Assembly: GCA_032718475.1 (NCBI GenBank)
Contig: JAUCBJ010008854.1
Span: forward strand, 9,746-73,745
Source of the DNA: Nemertoderma westbladi
Taxonomy: Eukaryota > Animalia > Xenacoelomorpha
Length of the DNA: 64,000 nucleotides
Reading direction: 5' to 3'
The notes beneath the pieces were generated by a model. The model saw nothing but the letters and a program-made list of their open reading frames with translations. It was not told the DNA's origin and did no database searches. Numbering within the stretch: the first letter of the stretch is position 1; each line of letters starts with the position of its first letter. Positions 12,201 through 22,590 of this stretch are shown here, piece after piece. Both the position numbers and the translations under genes were made by a program.

Positions 12201-12858
12201 TGTAACAGAACAGATTGACTATCCATTAGAGAAAACTGTCTATTGGACCGACGCTTTACTCGTGTTAGAGTATATAACCAATGAAGTCTGTCAGTTCAGC
12301 GTCTTCGTTACCAACAGAGTAGCCATCATACTTAGTCGCACGACGATGGACCAATGGAGACATTGCCCCGGAACGATTAATCCAGCAGACATCGCTTCCC
12401 GAGGAGCGACTCCAAAGGAATTGGTAAATACTCCCGAATGGTTAGGTGGACCCGACTTTCTCTACCAAGAAGAAGAAGAATGGCCTCCCCATCTCACAAC
12501 AGCAGAGATCAGACAGGCCAAGGGAGTGGAGAAAGTTAAACCCAAAACTCGAGCGAGTAAATCGAAGTTGTTTAAACCTGCGGTTGATCTATCTGTATTA
12601 TTTACTTCCGGAGAGGATGCTTTGGATCAGAAACCCACCGCCACGACTAAAGAAGTCTTGGAAATCCGTGACAAGGATTGGAAATCTGGAATACCAGATA
12701 TCGCGCAAGGACTCTCACCCCTCTTGCAGAGAGCGATACGTCACTACAGCTCCTGGAATCGGCTCTGTAAAGCCGTCACCTATTTAAAACGATGTTTTCA
12801 TCATCGTTACTCCGGGACAAAGACCAATAGTGATGATGCTCCATCAACGTCTGCATGA
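6292..12858 (+). CDS. BEL/Pao Gag-protease-RT-RNase H polyprotein (2188 aa)
   Basis: Zinc knuckles CALCDGTHRLNMC, CYNCLRQGHQRRTC, CAKCGAKHHILLH; protease LLDSGS; RT IYMDD; RNase H LHVFGDAS, PRAELKA, WTDA, NPADIASRG. Long N-terminal extension with an Ala/Glu/Lys-rich coiled coil. Confidence 0.95.
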   Translation: MSDTKQNLSDSLLDVTICDSDRGVEPSSRKFSSPPTVRKVIPPVVITEPRLVQHRRSIIGTRAQVKRDQEAAEQQPPASQELISQRPDSSSSEDTVELTPERGARMTDAVYSDPLLILPAAVLTRLLIAVEEHQIDWARSKRSTKDSYAGYTREELKSMVESQWNFPGPGLPFDLSEAAWEDIHRMGVAKETIDPAVWKRSAAGYAQGFFSSMERVEKQLLQQPQGPQEQGQLLYQVRERILRIRLILSAFEEASKRRQDTSLQVAVKTWFQRVSRQVQGTAQWKAQLEELSTHGESTDATFSQVESEATAEKPHKRDAIDIYLSDYQRFLGDEELRRRLDGLSPNSEGTQRVLDAIDVEMRAANQAKFDEQLRITRVQEEQVKKKRIEDRKAAAVAAAVASAEVERKEAAAAAEAKAAEAERKAAMAAAKAERKAAEAVAEAERKAAEETTQLELENIQENQDCINKQLTASNMQMMNRSTPKRQGYTSSEEGDTTDTEGKGNRSRLSRRRRTSHRHKLPDLPPAVRRQLNNTNLGSTEPVDQVVKIERLPTIVDEPEIIRPVLEITPSVIDTPVLPEVTSKFPLHSTKLPVPSRTAHETVQVLDPERNIHDLSPVVPRPPATTLATPASAVEWVDERRRGMDLLLGQMQETVQQFKGTVRESRLELQEVQQSIALERDKLVNTQRGIPPPLVTMCQPVRSEVSHAQGVEPTRIYTASEVETPIVNPIKGNYRPVDNDIPYRPDHNPRNLYTDNSILNNTMAQESFTRQMARTEARQAVKVGEIVKFNGDEMKWLPFNEYYKDNIQNSVLSNGEKLRFLIECLEGSPKLMALKFIGHPDGLRQVWDTLNISYGNRNNIAGYLYAKLVAPRKFISNGIIEFSDEIQEICRQLDWLGKSHEYQSAMVIRAVASTLPKGGVGTRWDKKVLYMMEQQQRDPTMTDLMTFLDGEVKLQLIKQSREKTSENKVSEKPVSRRKVTPVCYTDDGESQASQEEDSGKDTERSYYVNKTPNEQGSKFKSRSNDKREQVRKTPPTSPKRIQVRKPEERTRVHHVTQNKVSNIKPKCALCDGTHRLNMCDEFLKKSLTERREVMWDKRLCYNCLRQGHQRRTCYSDIRCAKCGAKHHILLHAEFDRNSPNQVSDSELHVQFSDVNDTDQSEMEGFYTDEFSDENKSCYMINTAVYRALTYEKDTDSDLTLTTSDRQPSWKEPSSNVGIREFPVVQVRVHGPKRSYVVNALLDSGSTGTFIDKELAEDIFAGQPKFRTKLNMSGIMQVWKSTVTADYYVGALSTPQDELGEHSIRSVKMVAIKNFATTQADLYNWDEDESIQHLKIPRFQTDYPGVQILIGQNAHEALETLEKRPAQPQPLQTYAVRTRVGWYFTGPSRRTLRERLPQELVCQVSEWEDDTSEGDDLTEGTPYSSDNDDIHQLFDEENTIDLLKENEAWQNQVNLCQLLYPSEREAYNDELNDVIERCNAKTRDEHAVRFFTQEAVEPNSYDKALSVEEERAKQIQETTTRFLKDQGRYEVGLPFRKREPKFINNRPLAEKRIAQLHRRLTANSSAKEMYQTQLKKFISKGYAERVPEETPVTERTYYLTHHYVPKPGKPHEVRVVFDGSALYMGQSLNSELLPGPNLLQSLLGILLRLRQYSIAFASDIEGMFLQVKVLDRDRDSLRFLWWPEGDLNQKPVEYWMTIQAFGIISSPSNACSVVRTTAEDNREAFSKEVIDNIKRDIYMDDNLKSLPSVEEAIEVAKGTVECLKRGGFRLTKFTSNSREFLESIPAEDRGAKDLDLIKDDLPETKTLGLKWDTERDILFFQLKQRDNPVRTKRICLSILSTYFDPLGFISPVILIARSLVQQMWLENHSWDDPLKGELLKKWMKWEDSLPAIEDFIISRSYFGHVLPTYSYQLHVFGDASDMGIGIVAYLRVETPDGIKVALVTSKALINNKLKVPRAELKAALYATAIGRNVTEQIDYPLEKTVYWTDALLVLEYITNEVCQFSVFVTNRVAIILSRTTMDQWRHCPGTINPADIASRGATPKELVNTPEWLGGPDFLYQEEEEWPPHLTTAEIRQAKGVEKVKPKTRASKSKLFKPAVDLSVLFTSGEDALDQKPTATTKEVLEIRDKDWKSGIPDIAQGLSPLLQRAIRHYSSWNRLCKAVTYLKRCFHHRYSGTKTNSDDAPSTSA

Positions 12859-14382
12859 GTCCATGTTGTTAAAGATCTTCCCAAATACAAGATATCCGAC
12901 AGGTTTCTAAAGGAGAAGATCAGTTACCAGGAGCATGATGAAACCAACAAACAGATGCTAAGACTCCTACAATGCTATGAGGATTCCGATAAGTATTTCC
13001 TGTTGTTAAGAAATCCGCAGATGCGCTTAAGGGATCGCTTCTCTAGTACCATGATAGATGGATTAATACGTGTTGGAGGTAGGCTTACCAACGCCCCATT
13101 ATCCTTTGACACTAAATTTCCCATACTCATTAGAAATCTTGACATACAAATCAAGATGATTGTAGATGTTCATAGCAAACTGTATCATGCTGGAAGAGAA
13201 CGAGTTCTGAGCGAAATTCGAACTCGCTTCTATTTTTATAAACCCCGTAGGGCTCTGAACCAAGTCCTTAGGAACTGCATACCCTGTAGGAAAGCATTCA
13301 GTAGGCCTTTGACACAGCGAGAGGCAGAATTACCTAGGGAAAGAGTAAGCTTCTACGAACCACCCTTTACTAATACCGGTGTGGATTTATTTGGCCCTAT
13401 TGAAGTATATCGTGCCCGGACTATAGTCAAGAGATGGTGTGTCATCTTCGTTTGTATGACTTGTAGAGCTATCCATCTCGATATGGTAAACGATCTATCC
13501 ACCAACAGCTTCGTGTTGAGTCTACGACGACAGATCGCTCGTTTCGGAACCAGTAACACGATGAGATCGGATAAGGGAACGAACTTCATTGGCGCCAACA
13601 ACGAAATTCAAGCTTACGTAAAGGACTGGAACAAGAGACAGGTGGACGATCAGCTAAAGATAACAGCGTCTAGCTGGACCTTCAACGCCGCCGACGCCCC
13701 TTGGTGGGGAGGAAGTTGGGAGAGATTGATTAGGAGCGTGAAGACTGCGTTCCACTTTATTGTACCTTGTCGCGTTTATCTCACCGACGATCTATTGCGG
13801 ACGTTAATGGAGGAAATTGCCGCTTATCTCAACGAGAGACCGCTTATGCCAGTCTCATCGAGTCCCGATTCCCTGGAAGCGCTAACACCCGCGCACTTCC
13901 TACTGAAGAAACCTGTAGCCATGCTCCCACAATCGGAAATCACAGACGGAGACGAATACTGCCGACAAACTTGGCAACTCATGCAGTTGTTATCCCGTCG
14001 TTTCGCTGACCATTTCGAAAAACATTATCTGCCCACGCTACAACTTCGAACTAAGTGGTTTGCGCAGCAAGAAAACGTCAGCGCTGGAGACATGGTGCTT
14101 ATTGTGGACCCCGATCTCCCACGTAAGCGATGGCAAACAGGTCGTATCATCGAGACTCATATCTCGAGCGATGGTTTGGAACGATCAGTAGAACTCGTCG
14201 TCATGCGGCGTAACTTTAAGAAACCAGGGATAGTCTTTGAGACTCAACAGCTCAACCGCCCAGTGGGTCGTTTATGTTTACTGGAAAGAGACAGAGAGCT
14301 CTCCGGAAACTATGGAAGGCAAGAAACTCTTCCCACGACCACTTCCCTAATTCAACCGACATCTAGGGGCTCCCCAACTTAA
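12859..14382 (+). CDS. BEL/Pao integrase, same frame as gag-pol after a single TGA
   Basis: HSKLYHAG..CIPC zinc finger; DDE core GVDLFGP, RSDKGTNF, GSWERL. The frame is open from 12859 through the listed ORF 12955-14382. Confidence 0.93.
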   Translation, partial: VHVVKDLPKYKISDRFLKEKISYQEHDETNKQMLRLLQCYEDSDKYFLLLRNPQMRLRDRFSSTMIDGLIRVGGRLTNAPLSFDTKFPILIRNLDIQIKMIVDVHSKLYHAGRERVLSEIRTRFYFYKPRRALNQVLRNCIPCRKAFSRPLTQREAELPRERVSFYEPPFTNTGVDLFGPIEVYRARTIVKRWCVIFVCMTCRAIHLDMVNDLSTNSFVLSLRRQIARFGTSNTMRSDKGTNFIGANNEIQAYVKDWNKRQVDDQLKITASSWTFNAADAPWWGGSWERLIRSVKTAFHFIVPCRVYLTDDLLRTLMEEIAAYLNERPLMPVSSSPDSLEALTPAHFLLKKPVAMLPQSEITDGDEYCRQTWQLMQLLSRRFADHFEKHYLPTLQLRTKWFAQQENVSAGDMVLIVDPDLPRKRWQTGRIIETHISSDGLERSVELVVMRRNFKKPGIVFETQQLNRPVGRLCLLERDRELSGNYGRQETLPTTTSLIQPTSRGSPT

Positions 14383-15836
14383 TATCGTTCGGAGTGGGCG
14401 TGTGACTCTATTATTTTATATTATTTTATTATTTTTATATTTATGTATGTATTACTACGTAATTTTATTATAATCGTTTTATTTAATTTAGTAGAATCTT
14501 ATTTAGCGATTATTTAGTAGAATAGTGCAATATATTCGTGTTTATTGCGTACGTAATTACGTATATATTATATTTAGTGCGACGGCAAGAAATAATTCTT
14601 TTCCTTCTTCCTTACTGTCCGTATTACATTACAAATACGTAACTACAGTAAGATGAAATGTCCGTACTTATTAAAGTACAATAAAGCCACTACTATATTC
14701 AAGTATTATTGGTAGGCAGAGTATTAGGAATGCAAAGTTCAGATCCTCGTGTCTCGGCTAAACCAAGCTCTGGGTAGACCTTGGAAACGACTTGCCTCTT
14801 CACACTGACATTGCTTCGTGCGATATTGCTCTCATACCGTATATTAAATAATACATATAGTAGCGTGATGTCCCTTTAACAGTAGCGTATAAAGCAAAAT
14901 AAATCTGTTAAACCCTTTGACCATCTGTAATTCTAGTCGATTAAGATATCGCGGCACCCACCGATATACTTGAAAGACAAATTTTAGAATCAGTGGTTAA
15001 CGTCCCCAGACAAGTTCTGGAATAAATCGGTGCCCATCTCAAATATTAATTATTTAATATTTGCAAATCTAATAAATCAACTCTGTAAAATTCAGATCCT
15101 TCAACAATTCTAGTCAATTAAGATATCGTAGCATTTACCGATATTCTTAAAAAGGACAATTTTCATAGAATTAAGGATCTTGTGTCCCCAGACATGTTCT
15201 AGAATCAAAATATGTCAATTTAATTATCAAATAATAAAATTTCAGGGAATAAATTTAAATTCATGCCTTTTAATGAATTTAATAAATTGCCATTTTTACG
15301 CAATTTATAACATTCCCAAAATTCCATTAATTAATAGATCAAGGGAGCGGAGATTTATCTTATTATGCGTATGAGTGTGCGAAAGTCTCCCAAACATAGT
15401 CAATAGCCGATAAAATTCATAAAGTCATGTATAAAACAGGCCATTGACCATTAAAGAATTACTATTAAATAACATCCCAGATCTGTATGCATTGGAATTA
15501 CCCTAATTCTACCGCTAGCTTTGCATAATGTCACCATAGCAACAACCACGCTAGAATTAGAATTGAGTTAAAAGAATAATAGACAGCTTGTCCCATTGAA
15601 TAACATAGGGAATCAACAGTGCACTGCTAGTATCCAAGGATACATAATAATAACGTGACATTCTGGAAGGCACTGACTAACGGACAAGTGACCCGAGTGT
15701 GGGTAATTTGTGACAAGTTGTGTGTGTGGTATTTGTGAGTTTATAGGCGAATGTTACTACTAAGGTGTGTTTACAGTAGCGAGTCGCAATTGTGAAAGTA
15801 ACCCTAACTCTCCAGTAAGAACCTGAGGTGTATCTA

Positions 15837-15961
15837 AGCCTTTGGGACGGACAGTCGAGTGACTTGTGCCGGTTGTCGTTGTCGTTGTGCGGCTACGTCG
15901 TTGGCGAAAGTACAGCGGCGACGACACATCGGTGCTGAGGATCTCGCACTGTCCGGGGGCT
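15837..15961 (+). ncRNA. Long RNA hairpin in the BEL 3' untranslated region
   Basis: 15874-15890 pairs with 15910-15926 over 17 bp with only G-U wobbles. Outer stems GTGCCGGT/ATCGGTGC, CGAG/CTCG, CGGACAGT/ACTGTCCG and AGCCTT/GGGGCT. Confidence 0.65.
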
Positions 15962-17444
15962 GATTGGGGTAGGCAGCGACGCTCGCTAGCCTAAATATAA
16001 ACTCATTATAATATTAATAAACTCATATATAGCAGATATGACGGAGTTGATAGAAGATGGTCTTGGTATCAGGGAGCGATATACTCTACTTTCAAGCGTT
16101 TGTTGATAGCTTGATACGCGGTGATACTAGTCCAACTACTACGAAGGATGATGGTCGTTATATCGAACCTACGATTTCCTGGAAGTAACTTACGCGTGAA
16201 TTGGGCTATGGAAAATTCACCGCTCGCTACATGCATTGTAATGGTATGTATATGGACTTCTTAACCATTGGCCATTCTATCGATTTACACGATACGGGCT
16301 ATGTCGAACATATCCTACCCAGAGGAGTCGAAACGATAAACCAAAATTCTAATGCGAAAATCCTATTCGAAATCGACTCGAAAGAAAAGACATTAAAGAA
16401 ACAAATAAACGCGGTAACTCCAACATATATTTGGAATTCTTGATAGAAGCATTGTAACAACAAATAAATATCACCCGCGTTTTCCCTTCAAGACGTGCGT
16501 CTTTGGTATTATTGCGATAAATGCCCTAGACCCAGCCAATAAACGGAAAGACATAAACATCCACGGAAACGTTGTGTTAAACACAGTTGTGCTCGTTATA
16601 TTTACTGGAGTTTCGAGCGAAACTTGTTTGACGTATCACCTATGCTCACTCGGCTCGAACGATCCTGGAGTAAACCTACGATCAGAGTCCCGGAATACTC
16701 GGTCAAACCTCCTCATTCCTTAGTTGGACCTCAGACCTGCGATCCTGGTGGTGTCGCGGATCCTCGCGGACTGTATTCACTGTTCAAAGATCTAGTGCTA
16801 CCCTAACAATTAATCGGTAACACTCCGACAGTGATTTCTAGCTAGCCGCCCATCTTACCTAGCCGGATTGTGACGCGGACACCTAATATCACTATCCAAC
16901 CGTATGGTCGTCCCCATTTAACGCGATACAACCCTTCATCAAGGTGAAGGAGAGCGTTGTACGAAACGAGTTAAACGCTATTCTATAAAGATCAAAAAAG
17001 AAATCTGCGTTTGTTCAGATAAACGTAAGTTATAACAGTAAGTCCAATCGATAAACGAATTAGCCTTATCTCAGTTCGATTGGGAAATCTCGAATCTCTA
17101 AGAAGATATCAAGCTTAGAAAACCCTATTCTCTGCGAGAGTTTTGGACGAACGTATCCCATGACAAGCGGAGGAAAATCAGCTCGAGGAGAAGCATATCG
17201 AACTGGACGAGACACCGACCGTAAACCCAAACCTTCTAATGCAATTGTATTGCATCCTTTACCCAGGAGTTATAGCCTTCCTAGTAAAGTGGCTCGCCCC
17301 AAAGAGAAAAGGACTCTGGCTAGCCTCGGGAAACTGCGTAAACGCCGTCCGCGCAAAGAAAACTAACTGTTTAGAGTATCTTTATGTTTTAGAAACTGTG
17401 ATTTTTATATTTTATAGACTGAAAATCCCATTTTCTGGGAGCGG

Positions 17445-18645
17445 TGTAAAAGCTTTTGCTGAATTGCCCGGTTATTTTTCCTTATTTTTCCCGTAAAATA
17501 CTCTGTAGTTGGTTTAATAGGCGTAAGAGGCCGTATTATTGCTGTATCGGTGTTTTTAGAGGATCTAAGAGCTATTTCTTCCGTATGTGTACTGTGGAAG
17601 GCATAGTTGATGATTCTATGGCAATTCCGTGACGCAAAAGGGGATAGCTACTCTTGAACAGTAGTTACTATGACGACGGTTAACAGCTGATATTCATACG
17701 TGTCGATTTTCTTTGTTCTACGGCATCTCTCAGTTCAGTCAACCAATCAGAGCGTTTTTACTGTTCTTGTATAGAAATTTCCTAGAAATCACGCAATGCT
17801 GTATGGGCAGTGTTGACATTCTGTCCTGAGCCAGGAGAGAGCGGCTTTGGAATATTTTGTGCTTTTCTGCTTTAGCCTAACACTAGTAGGCTTAATTATA
17901 AGGACATATATCCGTTATCACACTTAATATCTCACTGGTTATCACTGGTTAACTGGCCCATACTGTGCAACTTAACTTAACATTACTGCTTTGCTGTCGG
18001 TTATTCATTATATTTGTTGATGAATTATTATATTTGGAATAACGAGAAATAACCCCGAAACCCAATATTCTTGATATACCGAAGGTAAGAGAGAAAGGTT
18101 ACATATAACGATTGCGACTTATGTTAAAGTGGTTTGAAGTGAATCTAATGTTATTTGATAGACCCTACAGAGTCGGTCTGTGTTCCTTTTATATGTGACT
18201 AAAATCAGTGAAGATCGGCAGATTAGTGTGCAGTATTGTGCAGCATTGTGTATGAGTGAGACTGATAACGAAGCATTTCCTAAAGAATGTGCCATATATG
18301 TGAATTGTAACTAAGCCATATCGTTGTGAGTAGTTTAAGTCATAACTCTGTTTATATAGATAGAGCGCCACGTCCTAAAGGAACTGTTAATATTCCCCGA
18401 AGGTGAATAATATTGTCAGAGATTATATAATGCTGTCAGTCGAATAATACATTAGGCTTACATAGCAATACGATTAAGCCCTCGAAGTCAATCTCCCGGG
18501 TATATCCAACGGGTGAATGATCGCGCACAGATTGGTTTCAACTAGTGTAGTGAATCAAATACTTGTTAGAGGCTAAAGCGATTTATTATCTAGAAGACAT
18601 CCTAATTTGGCGGGTTAAACTGCCAAAGGTCTGAAAGCGCGAACA
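17445..18645 (+). repeat. 3' LTR (1201 bp)
   Basis: Direct repeat of 2919-4120. Confidence 0.97.
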
Positions 18646-19195
18646 CATGGCCTTAGATCGTCATAATGATGATGGGTGATGGTAACTCCACCTACTGGCT
18701 CCAGAAGTCGAGGAAAGGCACATTAAAAAAAATGCTACGTCGGGTTCACAGTGTCAGGTACACTGCATTGGAGTCCCTATACAGCATTGAAGGAGTCTTA
18801 ATATGCCCCCCAAGTGTGACACTCGAACAGAAGCGCATCTGCTCTGCTTTCGCAGTAATGACCAGTCTGTGAATGATGACTTGGTTCTTGGGTGGCTTTA
18901 TGGAGATAATAATTAAAGACACTATATAACATTGGAGGTGTCTCATTGGTTCCCCAAAGCTTGACGGTAGAACAAAGCCGCCTCCGCTATACGGGACATT
19001 GTTTTCGCAGGGAGGACCAACCTGTGCACAATCTTGTGCTTTGGCAGCCCCATGGAGAAAATAAGCATGGTGGCAGCATGACTTTCGTGAGATGCCTCCT
19101 AAAGGACACTGGCCTTGAAGGTGCGGATAATCTCGCGAAAGTCATGGGAGATAGGGAGTTGTGGAGGTGCAATTTTGTTGATATGCCGGCATATC
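18646..19195 (+). mobile_element. RTE-like LINE, 3' continuation (internally deleted)
   Basis: Removing the LTR element rejoins DYVLRM|ALDRHNDDG, matching the other copy (DYVLCMSLDHHNDDG). It jumps over the FADD region. C-terminal RLRYTGHCFRREDQP is RTE-typical. Confidence 0.88.
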
Positions 19196-19812
19196 ATTCT
19201 TATTGCACGCTGCATTGGACTTGCCAATTGTGGATTGCATGGTGGTGACAAAATGTTTTTGGTATGCTGGTATAGAATCTAATGTGCAATTTCAATGCTG
19301 CAGGCCGATTATAGTAATAGTATTTAGTACAATTAATGTCAGCGGATATTTTTTACGTAATAACATTGTGATTGATTTAAGGTGTAATTTATTTAGTTGA
19401 AAAACCACAATAGTATTCGGTAATTATTTAAATTTATTTTAATAATATATATGAATAACCTTTCACGGCACGCACCTGTTTCTGCTAACTGCTACAATAC
19501 AACGGATATTGTTTTGATTATAATTAGCAGAGCAGAGGATTAAGTACTTCACAATAATTAATAATTGCACAAGGAATTCTTAAATATGATTTTATACTCC
19601 ATAACGAAAAACACGATGAGAAGAGTTCATATAAGTTTATTAAGTACCTTTTCAACCCGGGTAACTTTTTTAAAATATATTTTATATTTATATTATAAAC
19701 GTTTACAAATAATTTCATTAACTCATTATTCTACAAACAGAAAATATGAAGTGGCGATAGAACAATTAAATTCAGCACATAAAGAAATTGCAGGGTGGTG
19801 TCGGTATTTGGG

Positions 19813-22590
19813 CGAGTTACTGGCTGGCAGTAGTCACGAGTTACTACTGCTGGTAGTCACGAGTTACTACTGCTGGTAGTCACGAGATAGTACTGCTGGT
19901 AGTCACGAGTTACTACTGCTGGTAGTCACGAGTTACTACTGCTGGTAGTCACGAGTTACTACTTCTGGTAGTCATGAGTTACTACTGCTGGTAGTCACGA
20001 GTTACTACTCCTGGTAGTCACGAGTGCTGGTAGTCACGAGTTACTACTGCTGGTAAACACGAGTTACTACTGTTGGAAGTCACGAGTTACTACTGCTGGT
20101 AGTCACGAGTGCTGGTAGTCACGAGTTACTACTGCTGGTAGTCACGAGTTACTACTGCTGGTAGACACGAGTTACTACTGCAGGTAGACACGAGTTACTA
20201 CTGCAGGTAGACACGAGTTACCACTGCTGGTAGTCACGAGTTACTACTGCTGGTAGTCACGAGTTTCTACTGCTGGTAGACACGAGTTACTACTGCAGGT
20301 AGACACGAGTTACTACTGTTGGTAGTCACGAGTTACTACTGCTTGTAGTCACGCGGTACTAGTGTTGGTAGTCACGAGTTACTACTGCTTGTAGTCACGA
20401 GTTACTACTGCTAGTAGTCACGAGTTACTACTGGTGGTAGACACGAGTTACTACTGTTGGTAGTCACGAGTTACTACTGCTTGTAGTCACGAGTTACTAC
20501 TGGTGGAAGACACGAGTTACTACTGCTTGTAGTCACGCGTTACTACTGTTGGTAGTCACGAATTTCTACTGCTTGTAGTCACGAGTTACTACTGGTGGGA
20601 GACACGAGGTACTACTGTTGGTAGACGCGAGTCACTACTGCTGGTAGTCACGAGTTACTACTGCTGGTAGTCACGAGTTACTACTGCTGGTAGTCACGAG
20701 TTACTACTGCTGGTAGTCACGAGTTACAACTGCTGGTAGTCACGAGTTACTTTTGCTGGTAGTCACGAGTTACTACTGCTGGTAGTCACGAGTTACTACT
20801 GCTGGTAGTCACGAGTTACTACTGCTAGTAGACGTGAGTTACTACTGCTGGTAGACACGAGTTACTACTGCTTGTAGTCACGAGTTACTACTGCTGGTGG
20901 TGAAGAGTTACTACTGGTGGTAGTCACGAGTTACTACTGCTGGTAGTCACGAGTTACTACTGGTGGTAGTCACGAGTTACTACTGCTTGTAGTCACGAGT
21001 TACTACTGCTGGTAGTCACGAGTTACTACTGTTGGTAGTCACGAGTTACTACTGGTGGTAGTCACGAGTTACTAATGCTGGTAGTCACGAGTTACTATTG
21101 TTGGTAGACACGTGTTACTACTGCTGGTAGACACGAGTTACTACTGGTGGTAGTCACGAGTTACTACTGCTGGTAGTCACGAGTTACTACTGCTGGTAGT
21201 CACGAGTTACTACTGGTGGTAGTCACGAGTTACTAATGCTGGTAGTCACGAGTTACTACTGCTGGTAGACACGAGTTACTACTGCTGGTAGACACGAGTT
21301 ACTATTGCTGGTAGTCACGAGTTACTACTGGTGGTAGTCACGAGTTACTAATGCTGGTAGTCACGAGTTACTACTGCTGGTAGACACGTGTTACTACTGC
21401 TGGTAGTCACAAGTTACTACTGGTGGTAGTCAAGAGTTACTACTGCTTGTAGTCACGAGTTACTACTGCTGGTAGTCACGAGTTACTACTGCTGGTAGTC
21501 ACGAGTTACTACTGGTGGTAGTCACGAGTTACTAATGCTGGTAGTCACGAGTTACTACTGCTGGTAGACACGTGTTACTACTGCTGGTAGACACGAGTTA
21601 CTACTGGTGGTAGTCACGAGTTACTACTGTTGGTAGTCACGAGTTACTACTGCTGGTAGTCACGAGTCACTACTGGTGGTAGTCACGAGTTACTAATGCT
21701 GGTAGTCACGAGTTACTACTGCTGGTAGACACGAGTTACTACTGCTGGTAGACACGAGTTACTATTGCTGGTAGTCACGAGTTACTATTGCTGGTAGTCA
21801 CGAGTTACTACTGCTGGTAGACACGAGTTACTACTGCTGGTAATCACGAGTTACTACTGCTGGTAGTTACGAGTTACTACTGCTGGTAGTCACGAGTTAC
21901 TACTGCTTGTAGTCACGCGTTACTACTGTTGGTAGTCACGAGTTACTACTGCTTGTAGTCACGAATGACTACTGCTGGTAGTCACGAGTTACTACTACTG
22001 GTAGACACGAGTTACTACTGCTTGTAGTCACTAGTTATTACTGCTGGAAGTCACGAGTTACTGCTCTAGTAGTCAAGAGTTACTATTGCTGGTAGTCACG
22101 AGTTACTAGTGCTGGTAGTCACGAGTTACTACTGCTGGTAGTCACGAGTTACTACTGCTTGTAGTCACGAGTTACTACTGGTGGTAGTCACGAGTTACTA
22201 CTGCTTGTAGTCACGCGTTACTACTGTTGGTAGTCACGAGTTACTACTGCTTGTAGTCACGCGTTACTACTGTTGGTAGTCACGAGTTACTACTGCTTGT
22301 AGTGACGAGTTACTACTGCTTGTAGTCACGAGTTATTACTGCTGGAAGTCACGAGTTACTGCTCTAGTAGTCAAGAGTTACTATTGCTGGTAGTCACGAG
22401 TTCCGATTGCTGGTAGTCACGAGTTACTAGTGCTGGTAGTCACGAGTTACTAGTGCTGGTAGTCACGAGTTACTGCTCTAGTAGTCAAGAGTTACTATTG
22501 CTGGTAGTCACGAGTTCCGATTGCTGGTAGTCACGAGTTACTAGTGCTGGTAGTCACGAGTTACTACTGCTGGTAGTAACGAGTTACTGC
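19813..22590. repeat. 23-bp tandem array (GAGTTACTACTGCTGGTAGTCAC)n, ~120 copies
   Basis: Unit read directly. The array abuts and overlaps the NAP1 stop codon. Confidence 0.97.

Larger units (their letters stand above)
2919..18645 (+). mobile_element. Full-length BEL/Pao LTR retrotransposon, 15.7 kb
   Basis: TG...CA LTRs at 2919-4120 and 17445-18645. 5-bp TSD CATGG at 2914-2918 and 18646-18650. Gag-PR-RT-RH-IN order with BEL-type triple zinc knuckle. Short purine tract GGGAGCGG before the 3' LTR. Confidence 0.97.

Noticed and set aside
15858-15945. SECIS element recoding the in-frame TGA at 12856, or a hammerhead ribozyme (GAAA...CTGAGGA)
   Set aside because: The helix above the UGA/GA motif is ~28 bp rather than 11-12, with no correctly spaced AAR. 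Hammerhead stems II and III cannot be formed.
19813-22590. CRISPR-like array
   Set aside because: Head-to-tail units with no unique spacers, no cas genes, and a eukaryotic context.
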